Source: Isurus oxyrinchus
Taxonomy: Eukaryota
Direction: 5' to 3'
Assembly: GCA_026770705.1 (NCBI GenBank)
Contig: JANJGN010000011.1
Coordinates: 105,090,001-105,154,000, forward strand
Length of the DNA stretch: 64,000 nt
Shown here: piece after piece, positions 49,991 through 62,897 of the stretch
How positions within the stretch are numbered: the first letter of the stretch is position 1
Layout: every line of letters starts with the position of its first letter
The notes under the pieces: model-generated
The model's database searches: none
The model's input: only the letters and a program-made list of their open reading frames with translations
Told to the model about the DNA's origin: nothing
Position numbers and translations under genes: made by a program

Positions 49991-51459
49991 TTTTGTAACC
50001 CTCCTGGGGGTTTGTAGGGAGGTAGCCGTTCTCACCCAGGCCTTGATTATCCTGACAGGGTGAGGGTAGGAAAATGCTGACTCCTATTACCCAAGCCCTG
50101 ACTTGATGTTTGAGAAGGAGTGAGAGCAATTTTTCACCTCTGTGTATTTAATGGACAATGAAAGTGGGGTGGAAAAGCTTTTCCTCTATCCAAGTGAGAG
50201 CTGGAGGTTGTAGTATAAGTTCTTCACCAACTTTCACCATGATTAAATGGACAGCCAGGGACTTTATGGAGTTCTCACAATTTAGTTTGTTTTCAAGTTG
50301 CTAAACAGTAGCAGCGAATGCAGTATATTTAGTGGTATGGCTGTTGGCAGCAATGGGGACCCACATATCTGCATTAAAAGTTCTTCAGACTGGTGGCTAA
50401 ATAGTACTGTGGAAACAACAGGCAGAATCTTTGCTGCCCAGTAGAGGTAGCTTGGATGGCAGGGGGTGGCACTGGGAAAATCAGACACAGACACGGTCCC
50501 CTCCCCAATGTGTTCTCACCTCCAGGAGATTTTCACAGAGACAGGCTCCCTACTGCAGCATCTGCCCAGCTCTCCAAGACAAGTGTTCAGTCAAGGTATC
50601 TTAAAGTGCAGTTAACTGTTTGCAGGAATGCAATCTGTGTCAGTTCCCTGGTAATGCTTCAGAGACAGCCTCACAATGGGAGGTCAAGAGCGACATCAGA
50701 GGTGGCTGTCCTTGCTATCACAGAGTCACAAGGCTGAAATGGGAAGAGTCATGACCAAAGTAATTCTTGTGGACAAGATCCTCCTCTTCACTGATAGTCC
50801 TAACAGCTTTGGGCCTTCATTTTTATTAAGCCCTCTGAAACCTTTCAATAGTGCCTTCATTTTGAGGCACCCTCATGCTTTCCATCTGCTTCAGCAGCAC
50901 CACCTCTCCCAGATCTGCAGGACCTCCCATTGGGCCTCCCATGTCTGTGTCCCACCCATCCCCATTCTTAATTGGACAGTGAATGTGGAGGTGGCTTGTT
51001 AATTGGCCTCTTATTATAAAATTGCTCTGCAGGACACACCTCCAGCACAAGTGAGTTCAGGATCCGCAAATGGTCCTGACGCTTGAAATTTTTTAAAGTG
51101 GGGAAAATTTCAACCCAATATTTCAGTGTACAAGTGTTTGATCCATAACTAGTCTTCCTAGAGAGACTATAGAAGCAGTTCGTATTGAATCATTCAAATG
51201 CAAATTAAATAGATTTCTTTCAAAAAATAACATTTTAAGTTATAGTGGGCGGCATTTTCCATAAATGAGACTAAGTGCTGTGGCGCCCGATTCTGCGCTT
51301 GGAAGGTCATTAATTATGCAAAGACATGTATCAGTGAATCACCTGGCGGGTTGGGAGCTGATTCATCCATCCGCCATCATCTGGCAGGTTCGGAAGTCCA
51401 GGCACCAAATTTAAACGCCAGTCCAACAGACAATCTCACTCTCTCCAGCCCAGCAGAGG

Positions 51460-53166
51460 TGTCTGGCAGCCAAAAGAGGAAGGCTGAGAGCCGGAAGAAG
51501 AAGGCAGCATCCCGCCTCACCCACCAGGCCCTCCAGGCATTGATCAGAGGGGTACAGGCACAAAGGCCTGTGCTCTATCCCAGGGATGGCTACAGGAAGC
51601 ACAGCAGCCTCACCTCTCCGCCCTGGGAGGCTGTTGCAGAGCAGGTCAGTGCAGCTGACACCTGTGCCCAAAATGCCACCCAGTGCAGGAAGAGGATGAC
51701 TGGTCTCATCCATCCTACCAGAGTAAGTCATCCTTCAACCCCCTCCAATATCAAACTCTCATCACGGGATCATGCTCTCAAGTGGCTACTTTCTTCCAGG
51801 ATCTCACACAACCATTAGCAGAGGATACATGTCACCAGTCATTCTCTCACGAGACTCACATCATCACCATCCCATCTATCATGTTGCACACGTGTACACT
51901 CCATCCTCTGGCCGTTCTAGGGAGGGCTCACCACACACAGGGAACATGCATCTCACCCAAACTCTGCTCCATCCCTTCTCATCACATGCCTTTTTTTCTT
52001 CATACAGGCCAAGTTGGCGCACAACAGGCGAGAGATCACAGACCAGAGAGGGATGGACAATATCATCATTGCCATCATTGAGTTTGAGGAGGCTGCAGCC
52101 AAGGTGGCTGGAGAGGATAGGGATTGCTCCTGTGGGGAAGGAGAGACCAGCCTCTCCCACCAACCTAGTACAGATCACAGCTCCATTACTTCTTCAAATC
52201 CTAACATTCACTGTGAGTCACATGCAATCTTACCTAGCTCATGCTCATTAGCTGAAGCTCGATTTTCTAAGCACCAGCAGGTTGAGGCCCTGAAGCCAGT
52301 CCAGCATTAGTACAAGCCCAAAGACTTTCTCCGAAGAGGAAGCTCACACGCAACTTCCACCAGCTCAGAGGCACACACGTCTGTGGGGCACAGCTGTAAA
52401 TACAGCTCGGGCTCATTTCCTGGGGAACGCCTCACTGACACATCCCCAGAGCCATCGGAGGCAGGGACTGCCCAGGTCTCCAGCGCTCGGAGAGCTTCTG
52501 GAGACCAGCCACCCGCTCAGTACAAGTCAGGTGATGAGCTCCTGGAAACGGCCACCAAATCAATGCTGGATATGCAATAACAGGCAGCAGAACATCAGGC
52601 AGACATTCAATAGTCAGTCAACAGACTAGAGTGAACAATTGAGGAGTCCTCCACATTCTGATGTCATGGCTCCGACATGCGAGCGCCTCGAGGTCACAAT
52701 GGGGAAGGTTGGCAACCACCACGCAGACCTTCGTCCAGCAGGAGTTGTCGGATTTGCACTCGGCCCTGCACTCCATGGCCACACACTCTGGTGAGCACCA
52801 TCAAGATGTAGGCGACATGGGGACGATGCACCTTGACATCCCTCCAGATGCACCATCTCCTGCAAGAGTCAGGGCAGGGTCCTCGGGCACCCACAGGGAG
52901 GATGAGCATCAGTCAGACACCCCAGGGGTCCTCCCCTCAGGACACTGGAAGGGTGTGCAGCCACTCACAGCCCCCTCTGCCTGTGATCCCATCCGCTCCA
53001 GCTGCTCTGGCTACCAAGGGCACTTCTGCCCCTGAGCAGTTGACCCTTATCATGCCGGGGCCCTCCAGGTCTTGGGCCACCAGAGGACATCCACAGACAT
53101 CAGGACATAGCAGTCAGCAGGCTGCCTTCCACCTCTGCTGCGGGTGTTGGGTCTGCACCCAGGTGT
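51460..53166 (+). pseudogene. Harbinger Myb/SANT-like DNA-binding protein, spliced
   Basis: ALQALIRGV..QRPVLYP...WEAVAEQV...RNATQCRKR-like motif. Donor GTAAGT at about 51723 and acceptor TTTCTTCATACAG at 52007, followed by AKLAHNRR. Confidence 0.75.
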
Positions 53167-53856
53167 AGCAATAGAGTTAGAAAAGTAAAGAAAAATTGAT
53201 GTCAGTTTTGGGTCATGTAAATAAATTGCATTTTTGCTAATACATTTGATGGTTATGTGAATGTTCCTGTCAACTGAAGGTGTTGTGATTTTGTACTTTG
53301 GAATCTTCCTCCCACTCAGTGATAGTGTCCCACTGTGAGGTGAACATTCATGTGATGTCAACCTCAGCTAAGCTAATCTGCAGACTCTTGTGTGATGTTA
53401 GGAAGACATGTTAAAATCTTTATTGGAAATGTGTGATGAAAGCATTTCTAACCCTTCATCCTCAAGGAACACCAATGAGTGAGGGCAGCTTATCAGCATT
53501 GATAATCTAGCGGCATTTGTGTCTCCTCAGTGGTAGTGGCAGAAGAATAGACATGCACAGAAGGAGCAGATCCCTAGGCATGTCCTCATCCCAATCGCAG
53601 CAGTGTTGGCATCATTAGGTGGCGGCGAAGTCTTCAAGTCTTCTCTCGCATAGCTCTTGTTCCTAAGTGGACTCTCAGGTACCAGAGTGACCACACTCAC
53701 AGGGCACTACAGACCAGAGCAAAGGTCATGGGCTGGCGATTCATGAGGTCAGAACTTGCAAATGTGAATGCAGGACTAGTTCTCACTGCAAGTGGGTGTA
53801 CATCCCCTGAGTTAACAGAAAATGGCATTGAGGGTGAGGAGAGATGTGGCTTAACT

Positions 53857-54960
53857 TTATTCTTCCTGGAACCTGTCAGCAATTAATGTATCAGGGGCAC
53901 GTCTCCCATGTCTTCCTTCCTCCATGGCACGATTGCACTCATACTGACCCTTACCAGCCTCCTGAGGTTCCTGGGCCTCCGGATCTTCATCCTCCGAAGA
54001 GCTCTCATCCTCCTTCAGTTCATCCTCTGGCAGGGATTCACCTCTTTGCATTGCCAGACTGTGAAGGGTGCAACACACTGCAATGATGCGGGAAACCCTG
54101 TTGGGACTGTATTGGAGTGAGCCACCTGACCGGTCGAAGCAGCTGAAGCACATCTTCAGAAGCCCTGTGGTCTGCTCTATAAGGGAGCACGTGGAGCTGT
54201 GAGCAGCGTTGTACTTCTCCTCGGAACGACTCTGAGAGTGATTCACTGGTGTCATCAGCCAGCATTTTAGTGGGTACTCCTTATCCCCAAGTGGCCATCC
54301 CTGCAGGTGTAATGGTGCCTTGAAAATCTCAGGCACCTGGGAGCGACTCAGGATGTTAGAGTAAAGGCAACTCTCAAGGTACTGTGCACAACCGTGCAGT
54401 ATGTGCTTCTGATGATCACACACCAGTTGTACATTGATGGAATGATAGCCCTTGCAGTTTGCAAACTGGCCTGCTGCCTTGGAGCCTATATAACCACATG
54501 GGTGAAGTTTATCACACTCCGCACTCTTGGGAAGCCTGAGATAGCAGTGAAGCCAGTGAATTTCGCAGCCTGGCTATCTTCGTCCAAAGCAAACTTGAGA
54601 TTATGATGGACGTTCCTGTAAAGGGCATCTGTGACCTCCTTTATGCATCAATGTGCTGCGGACTGAAAGATACCGCACAGGTCCTTTGTTGATCATTGGA
54701 AAGAACCAGAAGCCAAGAAATTGAGCACTGTGGTCACCTTCAAAGCTACTGGCAGGGGATACCCTCCAACTCCACATGGCGTCAGGTCTTCACAAAGAAT
54801 GTGGCATTTGTGATGTACCAGAGCACAAGACAAGCATAGACATGCACAGAATTGCCTGTCACTTATTTGGAAATAGGAGACTCTTCTATGATAAACCCTA
54901 GGCATGGCAAGGCACACCGGTCGTCTGGGTCTCTCCTCCTGACCCTACTATTCATGCTCT
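53857..54960 (-). pseudogene. Harbinger (HARBI1-like) DDE transposase
   Basis: ALKVTTVLNFLASGSFQ, GYHSINVQLVCDH, LGDKEYPL, IEQTTGLLKM, CCTLH. Frameshifted. Confidence 0.92.
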
Positions 54961-55619
54961 GGCTCCGCTCGACCATGTCCCTTCTGCTGGGTCTGTGTGG
55001 AGAGTCGCCTCTCCCTCCCTTGCCTCCTCCATTGCATTAGGACCCTGATAAATACAGCATTGAGCCTTGGATCTATATCTGCTTTTGCCTTCTTTCTGAA
55101 AGGAAACTTTGAAGACACTAATGATTCAAGAGGCAAGAGAGTGGAGCTCTTGGAAACTGTCATGGTCCATAGTTTCTCCTGCCTACTGGCATGGTGGCTG
55201 ATTCCATCTTGTCCCTGAGACACTAACACTCACATCAAGGTGACCAAGATGGCATCGCAGATATGTAACATCTTGAGCCCTGAGTGAGATACTAAAGTTT
55301 CAATGAGATGAGTGACTCAACCTAGCTCTGTGCTCTAATCTCTGATGTGGCATATTAATGGCCAATCAGTTGCTCATGGTCAATGAGTGGATGCTTTTTG
55401 GCACATTAAGAGTGTCAATTCTGGCAAGCACGTGAAAGGCCTTCATTGATGGAATATATGATACAGCTGTGCCTCCTTCACTATTGTCTGCATTCTCAAA
55501 TTCTACATTCCCATCTGTTACTCTTGAGATGCAGCGACTGTGATATGAAGCCACTGAGTTCTGAGTAGCCCTTTAACAGTGTTAATGAAGCCATTGGCTT
55601 TCGGTGGCTTTCATCACAA

Positions 55620-58290
55620 GGAGGTCGTTGTCCTTTCTTTCTAAGCAGACACCTGCTCACTACTGCGGCAACAAGGGGTTAGAGGACAACCCCAGAAACA
55701 CCCGCCTTGTGTTCGCCCTTCCCCCTCACTGTCATTCCACAGCTTTCCCTCCCTGTTGCCCTGTTATTGTATTTAACTTCCTTGAGCAAAACACTTCAGC
55801 TTCATTCCTCCATTCTCTCTCCCTGGACAATCTTATCAAAGGTAATATCAGCTAATTGAATTTCAATACCTTTCCCCTGCCTTTTAACTTCCTCCTCTTC
55901 CTGTTTCAACCTATGAGTTTGTGATCTCATTATTACACAATCTGGAAATAATCCAGTTTGCTCAATCTGCAGCATCTCTGTTGAATGCACCTCCACAGGC
56001 TACTCGACTATCATAGGCATCACCCATATCTGTGACCCAGCTGTTTAAATACCTAAAATAAATTGAACCCCTGCAATGGTCAATTTTCCCACTATTCCAA
56101 CAATCACCTCACCTGTTTTCCACTCACACTTTAAATTTACCTTCCACAATGGAATAGGTTTAGCATCTCCATGAACCTGACTTATTGTCACTTTTTCCTG
56201 CAATACTCCCTCTGAACAACAAATATCACTATTGCATAATATTAAGGATTGACTAGCCCCTGTGCCTCTTAAAAATTTAATATCTTTACCTGCTCCACCC
56301 TGTACGCATGCAAATACTTCCCCTTCACATTCAAAATCTTTAAACATTTCTGCAACCTGCCCTTCAGAGCTCCCTTGAGTAAATTGTGAACACATTCCCA
56401 CTTCTTTACCTATCACTGATTCTTCCTGCTCCACCTGTATACAAACCATTGGTTTTTCCTTTGACTGGATCTCAGAACTCACCTACTCTTACTTCCAGAA
56501 CTTTTCTGTGTTCCAATTACTGCAACAGATTGTCTCTGTAATTTCCAACACATTGACTTTGTGTGCTCAATCTTATTACAATGAAAACACCTCAATTTTC
56601 AAGTGTCACTTCTACCTTCAGCACCTTCCTTTTCAGTTGAGAAAAAACTTCCTGAGAATTTCCACCTACTCCTTCTCTTCCCTGACTACCGACCTTCCTT
56701 TTACCTTCCCACTTTCTATCCTTCTCTGATTTAAAAGGGTGATGAAAAAGAGGTTTAGATCTATGAACTAGCTCATAGTCATTAGCTATGTCTGCTACTT
56801 GCCTTTCCACTTTAACCCTTTGTTCCTCCACATGAGTTCTCACGACAAAAGGAATTGAATCTTTAAATTCTTCCAAGAATTACTTCTCTAAGAGCTGCAT
56901 ATGTTGACTCCACCTTTAATGCCTGTATCCACCGGTCAAAATTACTTTGTTTTACTCACTCAAATACAATATAGGTTTGCCCAAGCTGTTTCATTATATT
57001 CCTAAATTTCTACCTGTACACCTCAGGAACCAACTCAAAATAGCCATTTTTTACTGATAATCCACTGATTCTTCTTCTGACAGTGAAGCATAAACCTCAT
57101 GAGCTCCACCTACTAACCTAGTCTATAAAAGTAACGTCCAGATTTCTTGTGGCCATTTCATCTGCTTAGCTATCTTCACAAATGAGATAAAGTATGTGTC
57201 TACATCCCTTTCTTCAAACTTTGGAAAAGCTTGCACAAATTTAAATATCTCCCCGCTGGGCTTTAGACTGGAAGTGGCCATTTCCACATTAGAACTTTCC
57301 TAAGCATCTGCGATCTCTTTCTAAACTCCCAGCTTTCTAAGCTGATATTCTCTCTCTCTCTGCCTCTCTTTCCTCCCTTGCTAATTTCTCCAATTCCAAT
57401 TCCATTTCCTGAGTTCTTTCTCTCTCCTTTTCTGCTTGCTCCCTTTGAAAAGCCTTTTCACTTTCCTTTCCCTCTGCCTCCAATTCCAGTTTTTGTCATT
57501 TCCATTGCTTGTTCAAGTTCAAGCTTCTTCATTTGTAACTGATGTCTCACTACCTCCAGCTGTGACTCACTAGTGTCAGGTATCCTTTCCAACTTGAAAT
57601 GATGTGCTTTCACTTCAACTATGTCTGCTTTCTTTGCCTCTATAGTTAACCTCAGCTGCAACCTATCCACCAATTCTGTTAACTTACACTTAGATACTTT
57701 TTGTAACCCAATCAGGGTTATATCTTCTACTCCAAAAATTGTTTTAGCCATGGATACAGCCATTTTTGCAGTCTAACCTATTTAAAATCCTTCACACCAA
57801 TTCCTGCGTTCAATGTGCTTCTTGTACTCATTGCCTTACAATTCGCAAACTCCAAACCAATCAAGGAATTTCAAAAACCCGCAAAGAGCCCTCAATTCTG
57901 TTATAATATGGCAAATGATGTGTGCCAGGTGGATCAAGTTCACCAAGGGAAACTTGGCCACACTATCATAACAGTTTTGCCATTTGTACTTAATATGAGA
58001 AGATGTGTGCGCTGAATTCAGAAGGAATGAGTCCACAAAGGTCTTTAGAGATTTTTAACAATAAATTAAAATATTTATTAACAAAAAAAAGATTTCAAGC
58101 ACATTCACAAGGCTACAATTACTTAATACTCTAACAAATTCTAAAATTCGTAATTAACCTGACTTCTAATTACACACCGCCTTTAAAGCAACAGTCCAGA
58201 ATAGATTTTAGATTTTTAAAAAACAACAAGTTAACACTGTACCCACTTGACAGTGGAAATCCAAATGGCTTTCTCCAAATTTAGTTACAT
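55620..58290 (-). mobile_element. Gypsy element with SCAN-like gag (Gmr1-like), gag-protease remnant plus partial 5' LTR
   Basis: LVPEVYR..F, FDRW, EEFKDSIP..VRTHVEE..A..YELVH and LRGTGASQS protease motif. PBS-like TGAGGGCTC (tRNA-Pro-like) next to the LTR end at about 57899. Confidence 0.75.
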
Positions 58291-59680
58291 ACTCCCTCCA
58301 TCACTGACACACATTGGCAGCAGTTTGTACCATCTACAAGATGCACTGCAGGAACTCATCAAGCTTCCTTAGACAACACCTTCCATTCCAGGACCACTAC
58401 CACCTAGAAGGACAAGGGCAGCAGATACATGGAAACACCACCACCTGGAAGTTCCCCTCCAAGACACTCACCATCCTATTATGATGTGGCAGGCAAACCA
58501 AATCCAAAAATGAACCTTGGCCACACTATCACAATGGTTTTGGAATTTGTATTTATTATGAGAAGATTTGTGTACTGAATTCAGAATTAGTGAGTCCACT
58601 GACAACTTTAGAGATTTTAAAATTAAAATAAATTAAAAACATTTATATACAAAAGAAAATAATTCAGAGACATATGATTACAGTTACTTGATATTATAAC
58701 AAATCCCAAAACTCCTAATTAACCTGACTCCCAACTGCAACCTCCTTTAAGGCAACAGTCCAAAATAGATTTTAAGTTTAAATAAGCAATCTAGCAAGGT
58801 TACCAGATGCACCCAACTCAACAGTAGAATTCCAGAGGCTTTTTACCACAACTTTACTTACTAGGCACAACAGACTTCTGCAAAAGTGGTTAGAGGCTTT
58901 TCCCCAAGGCTGCTTTACATGTGTACTTTTCAAGGTGGTAGATAGCCACACCCACGTAGCCTTCCATCCTTCTTTATATACATTTCTCTCCCTTTAATAT
59001 GTAAAATTCCATCATTCTGCATGTCTTTGGAAATTTAATTTTCCCATAATCTAAAGAGTTTCATGTTGTCAATGTAGCTTTTTCCCTTTTGGAAAAATAA
59101 ACGTAATAAACTTGTCCTATTCATCTTAGAACCTTAGAACCATAGAAAAGCTATGGCACAGAAGGAGGCCATTAAGCCCATCATGTCTGTGCTAGCCAGA
59201 TCCTGTTAGTTGTAAACATGCTACCACCCCTTTGAAAAACAAACAACCCCTTCACTTATCTAAAAAACCAAATTTCCTTCACGCCTTATCTACTGATTCT
59301 TATACTCTAGCTCACTCATTAGCATTTCAAATACCCTTTTGATGATTTCCACTTTGCAGTCTATCTGACTCTAAGTCAATTAAATCAGTCACACAGACAG
59401 AACCATTCACACTCACACCCATAAGCCGACAGTAATATTGTGAAAAATATGATAGTTTTGTGACAATCCTGACTTGGAACTATGTTACCATTCCTTCACT
59501 ATCACTGAGTCAAAATCCTAGAATTCCCTCCCTAACAGCACTGTGAGTGTACCCATAACACATGGACTGCAGTAGTTCAAGAAGGCAGCTCACCACACCA
59601 ATCTCAAGGGCAATTAGGAATGGGCAATGAATGGTGGCTTAGGCAGTGACACCCACATCCCATGAACTAATAAAAAAATT
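58290..59680 (+). mobile_element. CR1/L2-group 3' fragment split by a solo LTR
   Basis: 58290-58476 plus 59470-59680 join to match 17110-17495. Confidence 0.85.
58477..59465 (-). mobile_element. Solo LTR
   Basis: 4-bp TSD ATCC (58473-58476, 59466-59469) and ends TATTATGA/TTGTGACA. Homologous to the LTR at 57899-58290. Confidence 0.85.
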
Positions 59681-59819
59681 CCATGATCAGTGCATCACAC
59701 AAATACCAGGATAGTACAATAGACAGATCTATTTTTGTCTAGCAATTTCTATGTTCCTGTGGTTCAATGTTAAGCCTTAGGGGAGGAGCTTGGGAAGTCA
59801 GTGCCAGCAACACTTTGAT

Positions 59820-62800
59820 AAAAGCAATAAACTGCGGATGCTGGAAATCCAAAACAAGAACAGAATTACCTGGAAAAACTCAGCAGGTCTGGCAGCATCG
59901 GCGGAGAAGAAAAGAGTTGATGTTTCGAGTCCACATGATCCTTCAACAGAACTGAGTGAATATTAGGAGAGGGGTGAAATATAAGCTGGTTTAAGGTGGG
60001 GGGGGAGAGAAGAGGGGGGGTGGGGTGGTGTGGTTGTAGGGACAAGCAAGCAGTGATAGGAGCAGATAATCAAAAAATGCCACTAACAAAAGAACAAAAG
60101 AACACAGAGGTGTTGAAGGCAATGATATTATCTAAACGAATGTGCTAATTAAGAATGGATGGTAGAGCACTCAAGGTATAGCTCTAGTGGGGGTGGAGTG
60201 GAAAGACTAGCAGGGCATAAAAGATTTAAAAATAATGGAAATAGGTGGGGAAAGAAAAATCTATATAAATTATTGGATAAAACAAAAGGAAGGGGGTGGG
60301 GATGGAGGAGGGAGCTCAAGATCTAAAGTTGTTGGATTCAATATTCAGTCCGGAAGGCCGTAAAGTGCCTAGTCGGAAGATGAGGTGCTGTTCCTCCAGT
60401 TTGCATTGGGCTTCACTGGAACAATGCAACAAGCCAAGGACAGACATATGGTCAAGAGAGCAGGATGGAGTGTTAAAATGGCAAGCGACAGGGAGGTTTG
60501 GGTCATTCTTGCGGACAGACCGCAGGTGTTCTGCAAAGCAGTCGCCCAGTTTACGTTTGGTCTCTCCAATGTAGAGGAGACCGCATTGGGAGCAACGAAT
60601 GCAGTAGACTAATTTGGGGGAAAGGCAAGTGAAATGCTGCTTCACTTGAAAGGAGTGTTTGGGCCCTTGGACAGTGAGGACAGAGGAAGTGAAGGGGCAG
60701 GTGTTGCATCTTTTGCGTGGGCATGGGGAGGTGCCATAGGAGGGGGTTGAGGAGTAGGGGGTGATGCAAGAGTGGACCAGAGTGTCCCAGAGGGAATGAT
60801 CCCTACGGTATGCCGCTGGGGGTGGGGGGCGGAGTGAAGGGAAGATGTGTTTGGTGGTGGCATCATGCTGGAGTTGGCGGAAATGGTGGAGGATGATCCT
60901 TTGAATGTGGAGGCTGGTGGGGTGATAAGTGAGGACAAGGGGGATCCTATCATGTTTCTGGGAGGGAGGAGAAGGCGTGAGGGCGGATGCGTAGGAGATG
61001 GGCCGGACAGGGTTGAGAGACCTGTCAACGACCGTGGGTGGAAAACCTCGGTTAAGGAAGAAGGAAGACATGTCAGAGGAACTGTTTTTGAAAGTAGCAT
61101 CATCAGAACAGATGCGAAGGAGGTGAAGGAACTGAGAGAATGGGATGGAGTCCTTACAGGAAGCGGGGTGTGAGGAACTGTAGTCGAGGTAGCTGTGGGA
61201 GTCGGTAGGCTTATAATAGATATTGGTGGACAGACTATCACCAGAGATTGAGACAGAGAGGTCAAGCAAAGGAAGGGAAGTGTCAGAGATGGACCACATG
61301 AAGATGATGGAGGGGTGGAGATTGGAAGCAAAATTAATAAATTTTTCCAAGTCCCGACGAAAGCATGAAGCAGCACCGAAGTAATCATTGATGTACCGTC
61401 GAAAGAGTTATGGAAGGGGGCCGGAGTAGGACTGGAACAAGGAATGTTCCACATACCCCGTAAAGAGACAGGCATAGCTGGGGCCCATGTGTGTACCCAT
61501 AGCCACACCTTTTATTTGGAGGAAGTGAGAGGAGTTAAAGGAGAAATTGTTCAGTGTGAGAACAAGTTCAGCCAGACGGAGGAGATTAGTGTTGGATGGG
61601 GATTGTTTGAGCCTCTGTTTGAGGAAGAAGCTAAGGGCCCTCAGACCATCCTGGTGGGGGATGGAGGTGTAGAGGGATTGACATCCATGGTGAAGAGGAA
61701 GCAGTTGGGGCTAGGGAACTGGAAACTGTTGATGTGACGTAAGGTGTCAGAGAAATCACGGATGCAGGTGGGAAGGGACTGGACAAGGGGAGAGAGAAGG
61801 GAGTCAAGATAACAAGAATTGAGTTCCTTGGGGCAGGAACAGGCTGACATGATCGGTCGACCGGGACAGTTCTGTTTGTGGATTTTGGGTAAGAGGTAGA
61901 AGCGGACCGTCTGAGGTTGGGCGACAATCAGGTTGGAAGCTGTGGGAGGAAGAACTCCAGAGGAGATGAGGTCAGTGACAGTCCTGGAAACAATGGCTTG
62001 ATGTTTAGTGGAGGGGTCATGGTCCAGGGAGAGGTAGGAGGAAGTGTCTGCGAGTTGATTCTCAACCTCCGCGAGGTAGAGGTCAGTGCGCCAGACAACA
62101 ACAGCACCACCCTTGTCAGCGGGTTTGATGACAATGTCAGGGTTGGACCTGAGAGAACGGAATGCAGTAAGTTCAGAGAGAGACAGTTCAGAATGGGTGA
62201 GAGGAGCAGAGAAATTGAGACGACTAATGTCGCGCCGACAGTTCTCAATGAAAAGATCAAGAGAAGGTAAGAATCCAGAGGGAGGGGTCCAGGTGGAGGG
62301 AGAATATTGGAGGTGGGTAAAAGGATCCGTTTAACGGGGAGAGGACTCCTGCCCAAAGAAGTGAGCACGGAGACGAAGATGGCGAAAGAAGAGTTCAGCA
62401 TCGTGCTGAGCCCGAAATTCATTGAGAAGAGGGCGTAAGGGTATGAAACTAAGTCCTTTGCTGAGCACTGAACGTTCAGCCTTGGAGAGGGGAAGGTCAG
62501 GGGTATAGTGAATACATGGCTGGGGCTGGGATTGAAAGATGGGGTATGGACGGAGGGCCTGGCAGGCGTGGTGGGTTCTAGATGGGTGTTGGTGTTGATG
62601 AGTTGTTGGAGCTTGCGTTCCTTAGCACTTGAGAGAAAGAGAAGTTTCTTGCTGAGGCGTCAGATGAGACGAAGAATAAAATAAAACTGGGGCACACGCA
62701 GCTTTGAAAAAGGGTGCAGAGGTGCTGCTGGTGGGAGAGGTCGAGTGTGTTCATATAGCAGCGCGTGGCACTGAATGTGGATCTCAGAATGTGATGGGAA

Positions 62801-62897
62801 CAGCAGTCCAAGAAACGTTTTATGTCCGGGAGATACCTGTAATCCTGGATGGTTCGAAACAAGAGGAATTTCAGTTGAAATCCACGTGGGGTAAGTC
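59820..62897 (-). mobile_element. Long Penelope-like element (RT + GIY-YIG)
   Basis: 344-aa ORF 60316-61350, upstream frameshifted RT (VIKPADKGG, YLLPKIHK, FTMDV, GVAMGT) and a 3' hammerhead motif at about 59913-59953. Confidence 0.95.

Larger units (their letters stand above)
51247..55300. mobile_element. PIF/Harbinger transposon, two convergent genes
   Basis: Left TIR-like GGGCGGCATTTTCC, Myb/SANT gene on +, transposase on -. Right end not identified. Confidence 0.85.

Noticed and set aside
53857-54423. Host HARBI1 gene
   Set aside because: Frameshifted, paired with a Myb gene and a TIR, and multiple related copies are nearby, so it is a transposon.
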